Shown here: piece by piece, positions 31,007 through 40,215 of the stretch
Layout: each line of letters begins with the position of its first letter
How positions within the stretch are numbered: position 1 is the first letter of the stretch
Virus record (IMG/VR): IMGVR_UViG_3300045988_096387
Coordinates: 1 to 40,302 of that record
Length of the DNA: 40,302 nt
Direction: 5' to 3' (one strand)
From: a virus
Made by a program: the position numbers and the translations under genes
Notes under the pieces: generated by a model
Seen by the model: the letters and a program-made list of their open reading frames with translations, nothing else
Told to the model about the DNA's origin: nothing
The model's database searches: none

Positions 31007-31309
31007 ATGCACGAGATCAAACACTTGGCCGAAGGGATCCGGGAAGAACTGGACGATGCCGAGAAGTACGCCCGTGAGGCCGTCAAGCACGCCGGGGAGG
31101 ACCCGGAGGACGCCAGCACCTACGCCGACCTCAGCCGTCAGGAGCTGGGCCATGCCAATCGGCTCCACGAAATGGCCGTTCGCCATATCGAAAAGGCGAA
31201 GGACGCCGGTCTCCATCCTACGGAGGCCATGCAGGCCGTCTGGGACTGGGAGCATGAGCGGATGCTGGACCGCACCGCCCATGTGAAAACGCTCCTGTCC
31301 ATGATGTAA
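31007..31309 (+). CDS. Small all-helical (four-helix-bundle-like) protein
   Basis: 100-aa ORF. The repeated pattern DAEKYAREA ... ELGHANRLHEMA suggests a ferritin-like/helical bundle. No confident family. Confidence 0.4.
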   Translation: MHEIKHLAEGIREELDDAEKYAREAVKHAGEDPEDASTYADLSRQELGHANRLHEMAVRHIEKAKDAGLHPTEAMQAVWDWEHERMLDRTAHVKTLLSMM

Positions 31310-31312
31310 AAG

Positions 31313-31352
31313 CTAAAGAAACACCCCCGCCAGACGGCGAGGGTGTTTTCTT
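31313..31352. terminator. Bidirectional terminator at the convergent junction
   Basis: AAAGAA-ACACCC-ccgccagacggcga-GGGTGT-TTTC. It has an A tract on one side and a T tract on the other, between the stops at 31309 (+) and 31351 (-). Confidence 0.7.
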
Positions 31353-34300
31353 ACTTATAGGGGTTCTTGGCGTTGGTGGTGCAGATAATGTCCCACAGGT
31401 CCGCCCGGTGCTCCTGACCGGCAAGGGCCGCGCTGGCCTCCGCCTTGCTGACCCTGCCGTTTCCGTTCGCGTCGGCCTTGTCCTTCAGAGAGAAATACTC
31501 CTTGGGGGAAAGTCCGGCATCATGCGCCTGCTTCACCTTCTCGTAGGCTTTCCCGCTCATTTTCTCGCTGCCGTACTTCTGGTACAGGGCCAGAAATTCC
31601 CCGGTGGATACGCCGATGTCCCGCTTGGCCGTTTTGGCGTTCTCAATCCACTTGGCGCTGGGCTCATACTTGGGGTCCACCTGCTGACGGGCCGTCTCAC
31701 GCGCATATTTATACACGTTTTGGATGTAGTCAGACTTTTCGCTGTCGCTCATGGACTTGTAGGCGGGCAGCTTCACCGCCGCCTCCACCAGCTCCTTCCG
31801 CGTCTGGCCCATGGCCTTGGCGTACCGGGTGTATTCCTCACCGGTCAGGGTCCGGGTCTCGCCATTCACCGTATAGGACTTCTCCGCCGCCGCCGGATAA
31901 ACGGTGCTGTCTCCGGTGGCCTTCGCCAGCCGCCGGATCTCCTGCGTGGCGGGGCTGTTGTCCTGCGCCTTCAGGAAGCCGGGGGAGAGGAAAGACTGGA
32001 ACACCCGCTCCGGCGCGGAGCCGTTGGAGACCTCGTTGCCCCACATATCCACCATAGGCTGAAGCTGATTCCGTGCGCCGGGGACCTTCTTTGCCGCCCC
32101 CTGCAAGAAATAGTTCACGTCAGAGGCTACCTGACCGGAACCCTTTTCCACATAGCTTTTTCGCACCGTATCATCAAATACGGACGCAGCCTTGCTTCCG
32201 ATGGTGGGGATATACTGTCCGGCATAGCTGCTGGCCGCCCGGTCAAGCAGATAGCCAACCTTGTTGTCGGCGTAGCTCCAATAGGAGATCAAGTCATTTA
32301 GGGAGGACAGCATGGAGGTCTCCAGCACAACGTCCTGCATCCCCAGCAGAGAATCCACCAGCGCGTCGAAGGTGCCGCCGCCTTTCTGAACGGATTCCAT
32401 AATGGCAGCGCCCGCGAACAGGGGCATTGCCGCCGGGGTCATCCAGTCCAGCGTGTAGGACTTGTCCCCGATCTGGATAGCATAATCCTGCCCGCCCATG
32501 GACTTCTCAAAGGCTTCCTCCTTGTCATCGTCACCGGCACGGACGTGAAGGGTAGCCCCAAAGAGCCCTTGCGCTACCATGTATGCACCCAGCGCCAGAA
32601 TCCCGGTGCCGGTGAGGCCGGATGCAAGGGAATCCACGGCATCCGCCGCCGTGCATTTCCCGGACTTCACGTCCACCATGGCTTCCTTAATGCCCTTGAT
32701 TAGCCCGATGGGGCTGTAATCAAGGCCCGTGGTCAGGATGTTGGCCGGTGTTTTGCGGAAGGGGAGGAAGGCGTCTGCCGCAAAAGATGCGGCCCTCAAT
32801 ACCTGGTTGTCCCCCTGATACCGTCCCATCTTGGACAGCGCCTCAGAAAGCGCTGTGGTGTTGCGGTAGGTAGCCTTCTGCGCTTCCTCAATGGCGTAGG
32901 CCCGTGCCGCCTCCACGTCTGCGGCTCTGGTTCCTGCGTGGGCCTCTGCCGCCGTAACGCCCTTGGCTTGCAGCGCTTGGGCGAAGCTGTCCACATAGGC
33001 GTTTCGGTTGAATCGCACATCCTCTCGATCCAGCAATTCGCTGTTCTTTTCACCTATCCACTGGATAGACCGGGAGAGAACGTCCTCCCCCTTGAACATT
33101 TTCCGCTTGCTCTGGATCTCCCGCTCAATGCCTGCCGCCGTGGCGTCAGAATACTTCCCGCTGCCCATAGCCGCGCTCTGGTCTGTCTCATACTGGCCCT
33201 TGGCAAAGGCTTTCAGATCCTTGTCAACATTCACGGCCTTTGTCCGCTGAGAGGGGTCCTTGATGACCGCCCGCTCGATTGCGGTTCCGATGCCATTCTT
33301 GATCTTCCGTGCACCCATCTGAATGGCGTTGCCCATGATGTTGCGGATGTGGGTGGTGGGGTTAGTCAGCATGGAGGTATACCGCCAGAAATTGGCCTTC
33401 TCCCGGAACGTGCTGGGGATCTGGTCTGCAATGGAGGTGGTGATGGCGTCCCACGCTGCCGCCCGCTCCGCGTCCGTCTCTGCCATCAGGTAGTTGGTGG
33501 CCAGTTCGTCAGAGAGGGTGAAGCCCGTCACCTTGTCGATGTAGTCCACCCGTGCGCCTTCCACGTCTCCGCTGCCGGGGGTGTTCTGCCGGGGTGCCCG
33601 GTTCTGCCGCGCCGCCCGGTCATTCATTTTGTCTACCAGCCGCCGCAGCGTCAGCAGACGGCCCTCCGGCGTCAACCGGTTCATCAGGTTCATAGCCTGC
33701 ACCATCTGTGCGCTGTCGTGGGCCGCGTCCGCAATGGCCGTTGCCAGCTCAAAAGCGGCCTTGTGGTCTCCTTCGGAAATGGCAAGGTTGTAGGCGCTGA
33801 TAGCCTCGGCGGTGTCTGCCTTGGTGATCCGCTGACCCAGCTCCGCCTTGGCAACGAAACTGTTCGCCACCTCGCGCCAGCCGTCCCGTGAAATCTTGGC
33901 CTGCGCCCGCTGCACGGCGCCCCGGTCCGTCACCACGTCATAGTCGAACGCGCCGCCGGAAATGGCGTTTTCATACACGGTTGCCATCTCCGGGGAGGTC
34001 ATGGGGCTGTTCAGAATGGTGGAGACCGTTTTCTCCACATTCCGCCCGGTGTCAGGGTTCACAACGGGGACCTCAGAGGGTGCCCGCCGCTGGTCATTCT
34101 GCACCCGCTTTGCGCTGTTGGGGTTGACCGGGTAAAACTCATCACTCTTGGCCTGCATGGTGTCAAAGGGCGTGTTCACCGCACCCGCCACGGCGTCACC
34201 CGGCGTGTCGAACCCTGCCACCCCGCCGTTCTTGACATTTTCCGCCCCCTGTGCTATGCTATCATTAGCATTGAGGGGACGCGTACCCTCAACAGACGCC

Positions 34301-36165
34301 TGAGATTGTGTCCCAGCGTCACCATTGGTGGCAAGGCTGGTTGGATTGGCACGATCCCCGGCGTCTATTTTTATAACGTTCCCGTTCGCGTCAATCACTT
34401 CATGCAGATAAAATCGGTTTTTGCTGGTGCGCTTTACAACGGCAGCTACATAAGCAGTTTCGCCGTCCATAGTGACCGGGGCGGCAAATACATAGCCGTC
34501 ATAGGGGCGTCCTTTCCAATTCTGCTGGAAATCAATTTGCTGCCCGCGCCGGAGCACTTCCGGAATGGCGGGGATCACGGCGGCCTTTGCCCCGCCTACG
34601 CCATGGCTCAAATCGTCCTTCACGGAACGCCCGTTGATGTCAATGTCTCCAAAGCCGGGTCGAGACACGACCCCCTTAATGGCCTCAAACATTTTCCTTG
34701 CCTTTTCAGCCATAGTTCGGCCCTCGACAAATGGGATCGCTTTAGAGGATACGGTCGAGACCGGCTCTGTGCCGTTAAGCCCCGGTATACTCTCTCGCAG
34801 CCGTTCAACGATCTGCACTGTCTCGCCCTTGTTTGCCGCCGTCTCCACACTGGGGGCGGCGTTTTGCGTGCCCTCTGCGGCGTTTGCAGGGGCGGGGGTA
34901 TAAGTACCCTCCCGCACCTCCGGGCGTGCCTCCTGCGTAGGCTGTGCGTCCGCTTGACTGCTTCCACGCTGCCGGATGACGTCAACACCTGCACCGATGC
35001 CGCCCATGGCAGCACCCACCGCCGCGTCATACAGTGCCTCGCTTAGATCAAACCGGGCAGAGGGGTCATAGGTGGCCCGCTGCAAAAAGGGCTGTGCATA
35101 ATCTTCCAGAAATTCTTCGCCCCCCTCGGAGATCATGGAGAGGGCCAATTTACCCGCTGGCCGCTTGGCAAGGTCGCTCATGACCTGAACGGCTGTGTTT
35201 TCGCCAAATTTTGCGATTAACTTGCTGGCGGCCTTCTCCGCGAGGCCGCGGCCAAACGTCTTTTGAAACAGCTTAGAAACGTTGGAAATTTTCTCTGTTC
35301 CAAGGCTCAAAGCGCCGCTGCCCAGTCCGTAGGCAAGCTGCTGGCCATAGGTGGCCCCGGACTGTCTGGCCCGCTGGGCGCTGCTCCCGGCGGAACGGGC
35401 CGTCATCAGGGCAAGACCGGCACCGGGGAGCACGGCGCTGGCTGCCACATCCCCCGCCATCTGCACACCCTGAACGCCCAGATCCACGGCGAACTGGCCC
35501 ACCGGCCCCAGCCCTTCCTTGGCCTGTGCCACATCCTTGGCGGAACTTTGGGACAGACGGTCCGCCTTCTGATATGCCTTGTCCGCCACCGCCTTGTCGG
35601 ACCGCTCCACCGCCTTGGTGTAGCCCTCGTGGGCCGCGATGCGGCGTTTTGCGGCAGAGAGGTAGCTCTGCACCTGCTTCACGTCCGCCGCCGTCATGGG
35701 CTTGCCGTTGGCCCACTTCACGTCCCGGAGCATCTTCTCATACCGCTTCACCGCGTCATGGTCGCTTTGTAGGGATTCCCCGGCGTTCTGGTTGGCGATT
35801 TGGGTGTTCAGCTTCCCGGCCCCCTCTGCCAGTACACCGCCCAGATTCGTAAAGGCGGAGCCGGTGGACTTCGCTGCACCGGAGATCACCTTCCCCACGC
35901 GCCCGTTATCCAGAGAGGGGGGCGTGGTGCCGCCGGTCCGCACGTCTGCCAGCAGGCGGCTGTTGGGCCGACTGTTCCCAACGCTGGCGTTCTCCATGGG
36001 CCGGGGGGAGACAGAAGGCGTAACGGCCCTCGTCTTCTTGGCCTTCTGCGTTTCCACCCGCTTACCATAGGCTACAAGGTCCGGTATCCGAACGCCGCCG
36101 CTGTTATTCTGTGTTTTGTTGACCCGCTCGCCGTAAGCGATCAGATCCGGCATTTTTACCGCCAT
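31351..36165 (-). CDS. Giant (1604 aa) virion-associated/ejection-type multidomain protein
   Basis: AAGGAGG RBS. N-terminal tandem motif (M/I)PDL(I/V)AYG(E/K)RV occurs twice, followed by Ala/Gly-rich hydrophobic segments. An embedded segment is GRPYDGYVFAAPV...KNRFYLHEV. TM-like segment GLTGTGILALGAYMVAQGLF. A canonical EF-hand loop DANGNGRVSKAE lies at 31438..31473. Last gene of the late operon. Confidence 0.6.
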   Translation of the reverse strand: MAVKMPDLIAYGERVNKTQNNSGGVRIPDLVAYGKRVETQKAKKTRAVTPSVSPRPMENASVGNSRPNSRLLADVRTGGTTPPSLDNGRVGKVISGAAKSTGSAFTNLGGVLAEGAGKLNTQIANQNAGESLQSDHDAVKRYEKMLRDVKWANGKPMTAADVKQVQSYLSAAKRRIAAHEGYTKAVERSDKAVADKAYQKADRLSQSSAKDVAQAKEGLGPVGQFAVDLGVQGVQMAGDVAASAVLPGAGLALMTARSAGSSAQRARQSGATYGQQLAYGLGSGALSLGTEKISNVSKLFQKTFGRGLAEKAASKLIAKFGENTAVQVMSDLAKRPAGKLALSMISEGGEEFLEDYAQPFLQRATYDPSARFDLSEALYDAAVGAAMGGIGAGVDVIRQRGSSQADAQPTQEARPEVREGTYTPAPANAAEGTQNAAPSVETAANKGETVQIVERLRESIPGLNGTEPVSTVSSKAIPFVEGRTMAEKARKMFEAIKGVVSRPGFGDIDINGRSVKDDLSHGVGGAKAAVIPAIPEVLRRGQQIDFQQNWKGRPYDGYVFAAPVTMDGETAYVAAVVKRTSKNRFYLHEVIDANGNVIKIDAGDRANPTSLATNGDAGTQSQASVEGTRPLNANDSIAQGAENVKNGGVAGFDTPGDAVAGAVNTPFDTMQAKSDEFYPVNPNSAKRVQNDQRRAPSEVPVVNPDTGRNVEKTVSTILNSPMTSPEMATVYENAISGGAFDYDVVTDRGAVQRAQAKISRDGWREVANSFVAKAELGQRITKADTAEAISAYNLAISEGDHKAAFELATAIADAAHDSAQMVQAMNLMNRLTPEGRLLTLRRLVDKMNDRAARQNRAPRQNTPGSGDVEGARVDYIDKVTGFTLSDELATNYLMAETDAERAAAWDAITTSIADQIPSTFREKANFWRYTSMLTNPTTHIRNIMGNAIQMGARKIKNGIGTAIERAVIKDPSQRTKAVNVDKDLKAFAKGQYETDQSAAMGSGKYSDATAAGIEREIQSKRKMFKGEDVLSRSIQWIGEKNSELLDREDVRFNRNAYVDSFAQALQAKGVTAAEAHAGTRAADVEAARAYAIEEAQKATYRNTTALSEALSKMGRYQGDNQVLRAASFAADAFLPFRKTPANILTTGLDYSPIGLIKGIKEAMVDVKSGKCTAADAVDSLASGLTGTGILALGAYMVAQGLFGATLHVRAGDDDKEEAFEKSMGGQDYAIQIGDKSYTLDWMTPAAMPLFAGAAIMESVQKGGGTFDALVDSLLGMQDVVLETSMLSSLNDLISYWSYADNKVGYLLDRAASSYAGQYIPTIGSKAASVFDDTVRKSYVEKGSGQVASDVNYFLQGAAKKVPGARNQLQPMVDMWGNEVSNGSAPERVFQSFLSPGFLKAQDNSPATQEIRRLAKATGDSTVYPAAAEKSYTVNGETRTLTGEEYTRYAKAMGQTRKELVEAAVKLPAYKSMSDSEKSDYIQNVYKYARETARQQVDPKYEPSAKWIENAKTAKRDIGVSTGEFLALYQKYGSEKMSGKAYEKVKQAHDAGLSPKEYFSLKDKADANGNGRVSKAEASAALAGQEHRADLWDIICTTNAKNPYK

Positions 36166-36177
36166 CGTATAGCCTCC

Positions 36178-38160
36178 TTACCCGAATAGATCGGAAAGCT
36201 CTTGCTGCTGTGCCTCTGTCAGACTGTTCCAGTTGGATTTCAGGTAGCTCTGGGCCTTTGCGTAGTTACCCTGAGACATATAGCCCGTGATCGTTCTGCG
36301 GATGTTTCCGTAGTTGCTGCTGCCGCCGCTGCCGCCGCCCTGATACTTCGCCCATGCCTGGTCAGCCGTCAGGCCGCCTGCGGCTTTCTTGGAGTTGGCC
36401 CCCCACTTGCCGTCCTGAGACACGCCGTAGTATTTCTGGAGCTGCTTCACCTGCTGATTGGTCAGGGAGCCGTTGGAGTAGCTTCCCTTCTTTTTGCCGG
36501 TGCTGCTGCCGGTTTTGGCAGTGCCGGTTGTCCCCGCCGTCAACCTGCCGGTGCCGTACAGGGAATCATAGGCCCCCTGCCCGTAGTAATAATCAAAGGC
36601 GGAGATCACGTCATCCGTCACGATGCCGTTTTTCAGGGCGGACTGTACCTGACTGGCAGTCAGCGTCGGCTTTACCACGGTACTGCCGCCGGAAGAACCG
36701 GAGCCGCCGGTCTGCCCGCCGTACTTGGCGTAGAAGTTCTGCTGCCGGACGTATTCCTCGTACAGGGCGTTTGCCAGCTCCGCGTCTCCCGTGGCCTCTG
36801 CCTTGGCAATGGCGTTCCGGTACTCCGTGTCAAGCTGGCTCCGCTGGAGGTCGATGGCCGCCGTCTTTTCCGCCTGCTCCCGGTCGATCTGGGAAAGATT
36901 CTGCTGAAGCACAACGTCCTGTGCCAGCGCCGCCTGTCCGGTGGTGCCGGTGTTCAGGCCGTTTGCCACCGCCATCTCCTGAAACGCGCCTCGGCTCAGA
37001 GCGTTCTGGTTGGCCGCGCTGTTCCGGGCAATGTCATATACCGGCGCGATCTGTGCACGGTTGGCATCCAGTGTGGCGGTGTTCTGCTCGTAGGCGGATT
37101 TCAGCGCCGCCAGCTCCGCCGCTACCTTCTTGGCGTACAGCTCCTTCAGATAGTCGCTGCCGTCTCCGATGTCAAAACTCGTGCCGGTCTGCGCCGTGAA
37201 ATTGCTGGCCGGGGTGCCGCCTGCGTTAATATCCGTGACCCGCTGTTGGCTGTATGCCGGTGTTCCGTAGCCGGTAGTCCCGGCCTGTACGCCGCCGTTC
37301 TCCGCCAGATAGTCCCCGAAGGACTGCACCTTGCCACTGGCCTGTGCAATGGGGGAGGTGTCCGTGCCCATGAGATAGCGGTAGTAGGCCAGCTCCGCGC
37401 TTTCCGGGCTGACGTCCAGACCCAGCCGCCGCCGCAGATCATTCACGGAGGAAAGAGCGCCGCTGTCCGTCACATAGCCGTTTTTATCAATGGTGTAGCC
37501 GTACCCGGCGCGGATGGCGTTTGCCGCCTGGTTGGCCTGATCGCCGGTAATCTCACCCCGCTGAAGCCGGTTGCGGATGTCCTGAATCTTGGAGCGGTCC
37601 AGTGCGGACATCATCTCGTTGTCCGTCCACGCGCCGCTTTTGCCGTAACTGCCGTTTCCGGCGTTAATGTCCTGATGGGGGGTGTAGTCCGCCACGCCCT
37701 TCACAGCCTTCTTTGCGTAGCCATTCTCATCGTAAAACACGGTGTAGCCGTTGGAAATGGAATATCCCCCGGCCAGATCGGGCCGTCTGCTCATATCCGC
37801 GCCGCCGGTCATCTTCTTCCAGTAATTTGCCTGATCCGTGGGCTGCAAATTGGCCGCACCGTAAATTCCCGGATTTGTATAGCCGCCGGTGCCGTAGCCG
37901 GGGCCTTTTACATAAGGCGTCCCCCCGGTTGCCGCCTGAGAGCTGCCGCCGGAAGAGCTGGTGTCCCGCCGGTTGCCGCCCTTGTCATAGGTCTGGCTGT
38001 ACGTCTTGTCGGAGCCGATCATGTTCGGCTCCCTGCCACCGTACTTGTCAGCGATTTTATTCTCGCGCTCCTTGGTCAGTCGGTCCCGCTCGGAAGCCGA
38101 CAGATCCGTTCTCTGAAGCTCCTTGGAGTAGTCTTTGTTTTTATCGTAGTAGCCTGCCAT
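36178..38160 (-). CDS. Gly/Tyr/Gln-rich virion protein (660 aa) with a C-terminal peptidoglycan-binding-like motif
   Basis: AAGGAGGA RBS. Low-complexity Gly-rich linkers, a central coiled-coil-like region and YYGVSQDGKWGANSKKAAGGLTADQAWAKY, which resembles a PG_binding_1 repeat. Confidence 0.5.
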   Translation of the reverse strand: MAGYYDKNKDYSKELQRTDLSASERDRLTKERENKIADKYGGREPNMIGSDKTYSQTYDKGGNRRDTSSSGGSSQAATGGTPYVKGPGYGTGGYTNPGIYGAANLQPTDQANYWKKMTGGADMSRRPDLAGGYSISNGYTVFYDENGYAKKAVKGVADYTPHQDINAGNGSYGKSGAWTDNEMMSALDRSKIQDIRNRLQRGEITGDQANQAANAIRAGYGYTIDKNGYVTDSGALSSVNDLRRRLGLDVSPESAELAYYRYLMGTDTSPIAQASGKVQSFGDYLAENGGVQAGTTGYGTPAYSQQRVTDINAGGTPASNFTAQTGTSFDIGDGSDYLKELYAKKVAAELAALKSAYEQNTATLDANRAQIAPVYDIARNSAANQNALSRGAFQEMAVANGLNTGTTGQAALAQDVVLQQNLSQIDREQAEKTAAIDLQRSQLDTEYRNAIAKAEATGDAELANALYEEYVRQQNFYAKYGGQTGGSGSSGGSTVVKPTLTASQVQSALKNGIVTDDVISAFDYYYGQGAYDSLYGTGRLTAGTTGTAKTGSSTGKKKGSYSNGSLTNQQVKQLQKYYGVSQDGKWGANSKKAAGGLTADQAWAKYQGGGSGGSSNYGNIRRTITGYMSQGNYAKAQSYLKSNWNSLTEAQQQELSDLFG

Positions 38161-38172
38161 ACTTGGTCCTCC

Positions 38173-39198
38173 TTATCCGTTCCAGTCAGCCCGGGTCTCC
38201 CTCACATCAATGTGGGTAAAGCCCTTCTGACTGTAAATGCCCACGCCGCCCCAATCGGGCATGAGTTCTCGGGCAAATGCCCCCACCGCCTCGGGCTTCT
38301 GACCCTTCACGGTGATGTCCGCCGCCGTGCCGTAGCAATGCTGGCTGTGGGCCACGCCGCCCACTTTGGCGTTATACTGGGGCGTCCGGTAGGCACTGGC
38401 AATCGTCACCGGAGCACCGAAGTGGCTGCGGATGCTCTGCAAAACCATCACCAGCCGGGGCGCTACCAGTACGGCGTCGGAGCCGTCCTTGCAGGCAAAT
38501 TCCTTCACTTTGAAATGGGTGGACAGCTTCATGCCGCCGTCCATCGCCTTGGAATAGGCGTTGATCTCTACCATAGGTTTCTCTCCTTCCGGCTCACACG
38601 CATCCCCGCTCTTGTACTTCCACACCAGGAAGAACAGGATCACCCGCCCATCCCCGGTAAAGCCCTTGCCTGTCGAATCCATGAAGCAGGTAGACCCGCC
38701 GCCGTCCATCATAATGGCGTTGTCCCAGCCGGACGCAGCCAGCAGGTTCCGGAGCTGTTCCGGGGTGTGCCGCTCCCGGCTCACATAGTAGGCAAACCTC
38801 CCGTTCTTGGTGCCGATGGCTGTCCGGGGGGCACGGTAGCGCATATCCGCTCCGCAGTGGATGGGGTTGATCTTCTTCCCGCCGATGATGAGGTGGACGC
38901 ACTCCATGTAATTCCGGTCCCCGTTGGGCACGGTCTTCACGCCGAAGTCCGCCGGGGTGCTCCAGCTGATGGCCCACGCCCGGTAATTGGGGGTCTTGCG
39001 GGTCTGCCCGTCTGCCTTTAAATGGCAGGCCGGGGTCTGATTCCGCAAGAAAATGGAGCCATTGCAGATAGCGTCCCCGCCCGCCTCCGCCAGCATCTTT
39101 TTCAGGTTGGCCGTGGTGGAGCGGAGACGCTTCCGGTTGAAATAGATCTTGATGAATTGGAGGTCGGAGAGCGGGACGGTTCCCGCTCTCGTGCTCAT
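38173..39198 (-). CDS. Two-domain endolysin: N-terminal phosphodiester-glycosidase (NAGPA/DUF2233-like) plus C-terminal M15-type metallopeptidase
   Basis: N-terminal motifs: AICNGSIF ... PRTAIGTKNG ... LRNLLAASGWDNAIMMDGGGST. C-terminal motifs: SAYRTPQYNAKVGGVAHSQHCYGTAADI ... GFTHIDVR. ATGA-coupled to the holin gene. Confidence 0.75.
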   Translation of the reverse strand: MSTRAGTVPLSDLQFIKIYFNRKRLRSTTANLKKMLAEAGGDAICNGSIFLRNQTPACHLKADGQTRKTPNYRAWAISWSTPADFGVKTVPNGDRNYMECVHLIIGGKKINPIHCGADMRYRAPRTAIGTKNGRFAYYVSRERHTPEQLRNLLAASGWDNAIMMDGGGSTCFMDSTGKGFTGDGRVILFFLVWKYKSGDACEPEGEKPMVEINAYSKAMDGGMKLSTHFKVKEFACKDGSDAVLVAPRLVMVLQSIRSHFGAPVTIASAYRTPQYNAKVGGVAHSQHCYGTAADITVKGQKPEAVGAFARELMPDWGGVGIYSQKGFTHIDVRETRADWNG

Positions 39199-39650
39199 GT
39201 GTGAGCCTCCGTATTCTGTTTCCCCTGATCGCTGGCCTGACGAATGGCATCCAGCATATTTTTAATAAAGGCGGGGTAGGGGACCCCCATAATGGCGGTA
39301 TTTTCCAGAATCGACAGCCCCTCGTTTGCGATGAAAAACATACAAATAGCGTCACGGGCAAAGTCGCTCCCGGTGGCTTGGTCCAGCAGTGCCGCCATCC
39401 ACACGAGACACAACATAACGCCCTTGCGAACCAGGCCCTTATAGCTGGCATTGGACTCCAGCGCCCCGGTTTTGCTCTTGCCGGACTTGTGCCAGATCGC
39501 TGCCACCAGCCAGCCCGTGGCGTAATCCAACGCCATAAAGCAGATCAGAACTTTGAGAGCCACGTCCCAACCTCCAAGTGCCTGGGCGATGGCGGAGCCA
39601 GCCGCAGCCAGCACCGCCAACACCGTGTTTTTGATGTGTAAAGCGTTCAT
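39195..39650 (-). CDS. Holin (Phage_holin_4 / TcdE-LL-H-like)
   Basis: Start trimmed to ATG 39650 behind AAAGGAGGG. Three hydrophobic segments. Motifs: DYATGWLVA, KGLVRKG and FFIANEGLSILEN. Confidence 0.75.
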   Translation of the reverse strand: MNALHIKNTVLAVLAAAGSAIAQALGGWDVALKVLICFMALDYATGWLVAAIWHKSGKSKTGALESNASYKGLVRKGVMLCLVWMAALLDQATGSDFARDAICMFFIANEGLSILENTAIMGVPYPAFIKNMLDAIRQASDQGKQNTEAHT

Positions 39651-39670
39651 GGTGTCCCTCCTTTCGGCGG

Positions 39671-39991
39671 TCACACCCGCACGGTCTTCTCAGGATGACC
39701 GCCCTCGTCCCACGTAATATCGTAGGTGCCCTCCGGGGTCTCCACCCGCACGGTCTGACCGGCCTTCGTGACATCGTACCGCATATAATCATGCAGGTGA
39801 CGCACGTCGGCGGGTTCGGTCTCCGCAGGGATAAAGCCCTCGGCCATCTCAGCCTCGGTCCAGTTGGCAACGCCGCCGTCGGGATTCAGGTGGAAGTTGG
39901 CCCCCGCCTCCTTCAGCTCCTTGTTGATGGCCTCGATGGTCTTGCCGTTCTTCTTGCCCTCGTTGATGATCTCAGCAAACTTCTTTTCCAT
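39671..39991 (-). CDS. Hypothetical protein (106 aa)
   Basis: AAAGGAGAA RBS. Acidic. Lies upstream of the holin gene. Confidence 0.5.
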   Translation of the reverse strand: MEKKFAEIINEGKKNGKTIEAINKELKEAGANFHLNPDGGVANWTEAEMAEGFIPAETEPADVRHLHDYMRYDVTKAGQTVRVETPEGTYDITWDEGGHPEKTVRV

Positions 39992-40053
39992 AATGTTTCT
40001 CCTTTCAATTTTACGGCTTACTCAGCCGGTTTCATTCGTATCTGTGGGACCTG

Positions 40054-40079
40054 CCGGAGGATTGACCTCCGGCTTTTTT
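40054..40079 (+). terminator. Perfect hairpin with a T tract on the plus strand (antisense to the late operon)
   Basis: CCGGAGG-attga-CCTCCGG-CTTTTTT. On the minus strand the run is an upstream A tract, so it is a terminator only for plus-strand transcription. Confidence 0.45.
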
Positions 40080-40215
40080 AAAAGCAGAAGGTGAAAAATA
40101 CGCCCTCCGCGTGATTTGCGTCCGTCAGCAGGTACACGCCGGAATCGTGCTTGCGGATGTAGTTGACCTTTTCGGTCAAATAGCTTTCCCCTTGAGGGGT
40201 GGTCAGTCTGTACAT
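40078..40215 (-). CDS. 45-codon ORF downstream of RBP paralog 1 (possible remnant of a fourth paralog)
   Basis: ATG 40215 behind AAGGAGGA (also visible at 30..32 in repeat copy 1). Hand translation: MYRLTTPQGESYLTEKVNYIRKHDSGVYLLTDANHAEGVFFTFCF. Its tail resembles the ...AVSFAFCF end of 899..1603. Confidence 0.4.
   Translation of the reverse strand: MYRLTTPQGESYLTEKVNYIRKHDSGVYLLTDANHAEGVFFTFCF

Larger units (their letters stand above)
1..40183. mobile_element. Complete temperate phage genome (circularly closed contig); podovirus-like gene content
   Basis: Exact 119-bp overlap of the window ends. Contains portal, large terminase, major capsid, holin/endolysin, integrase and a CI/Cro-like switch. 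No host housekeeping genes are visible. Confidence 0.85.

Noticed and set aside
31351-36165. Tape measure protein call for the 1604-aa ORF.
   Set aside because: No tail tube, sheath or frameshifted chaperone genes accompany it. It lies after the lysis genes at the operon end. An ejection/internal virion protein is the more consistent reading, though this remains an inference.
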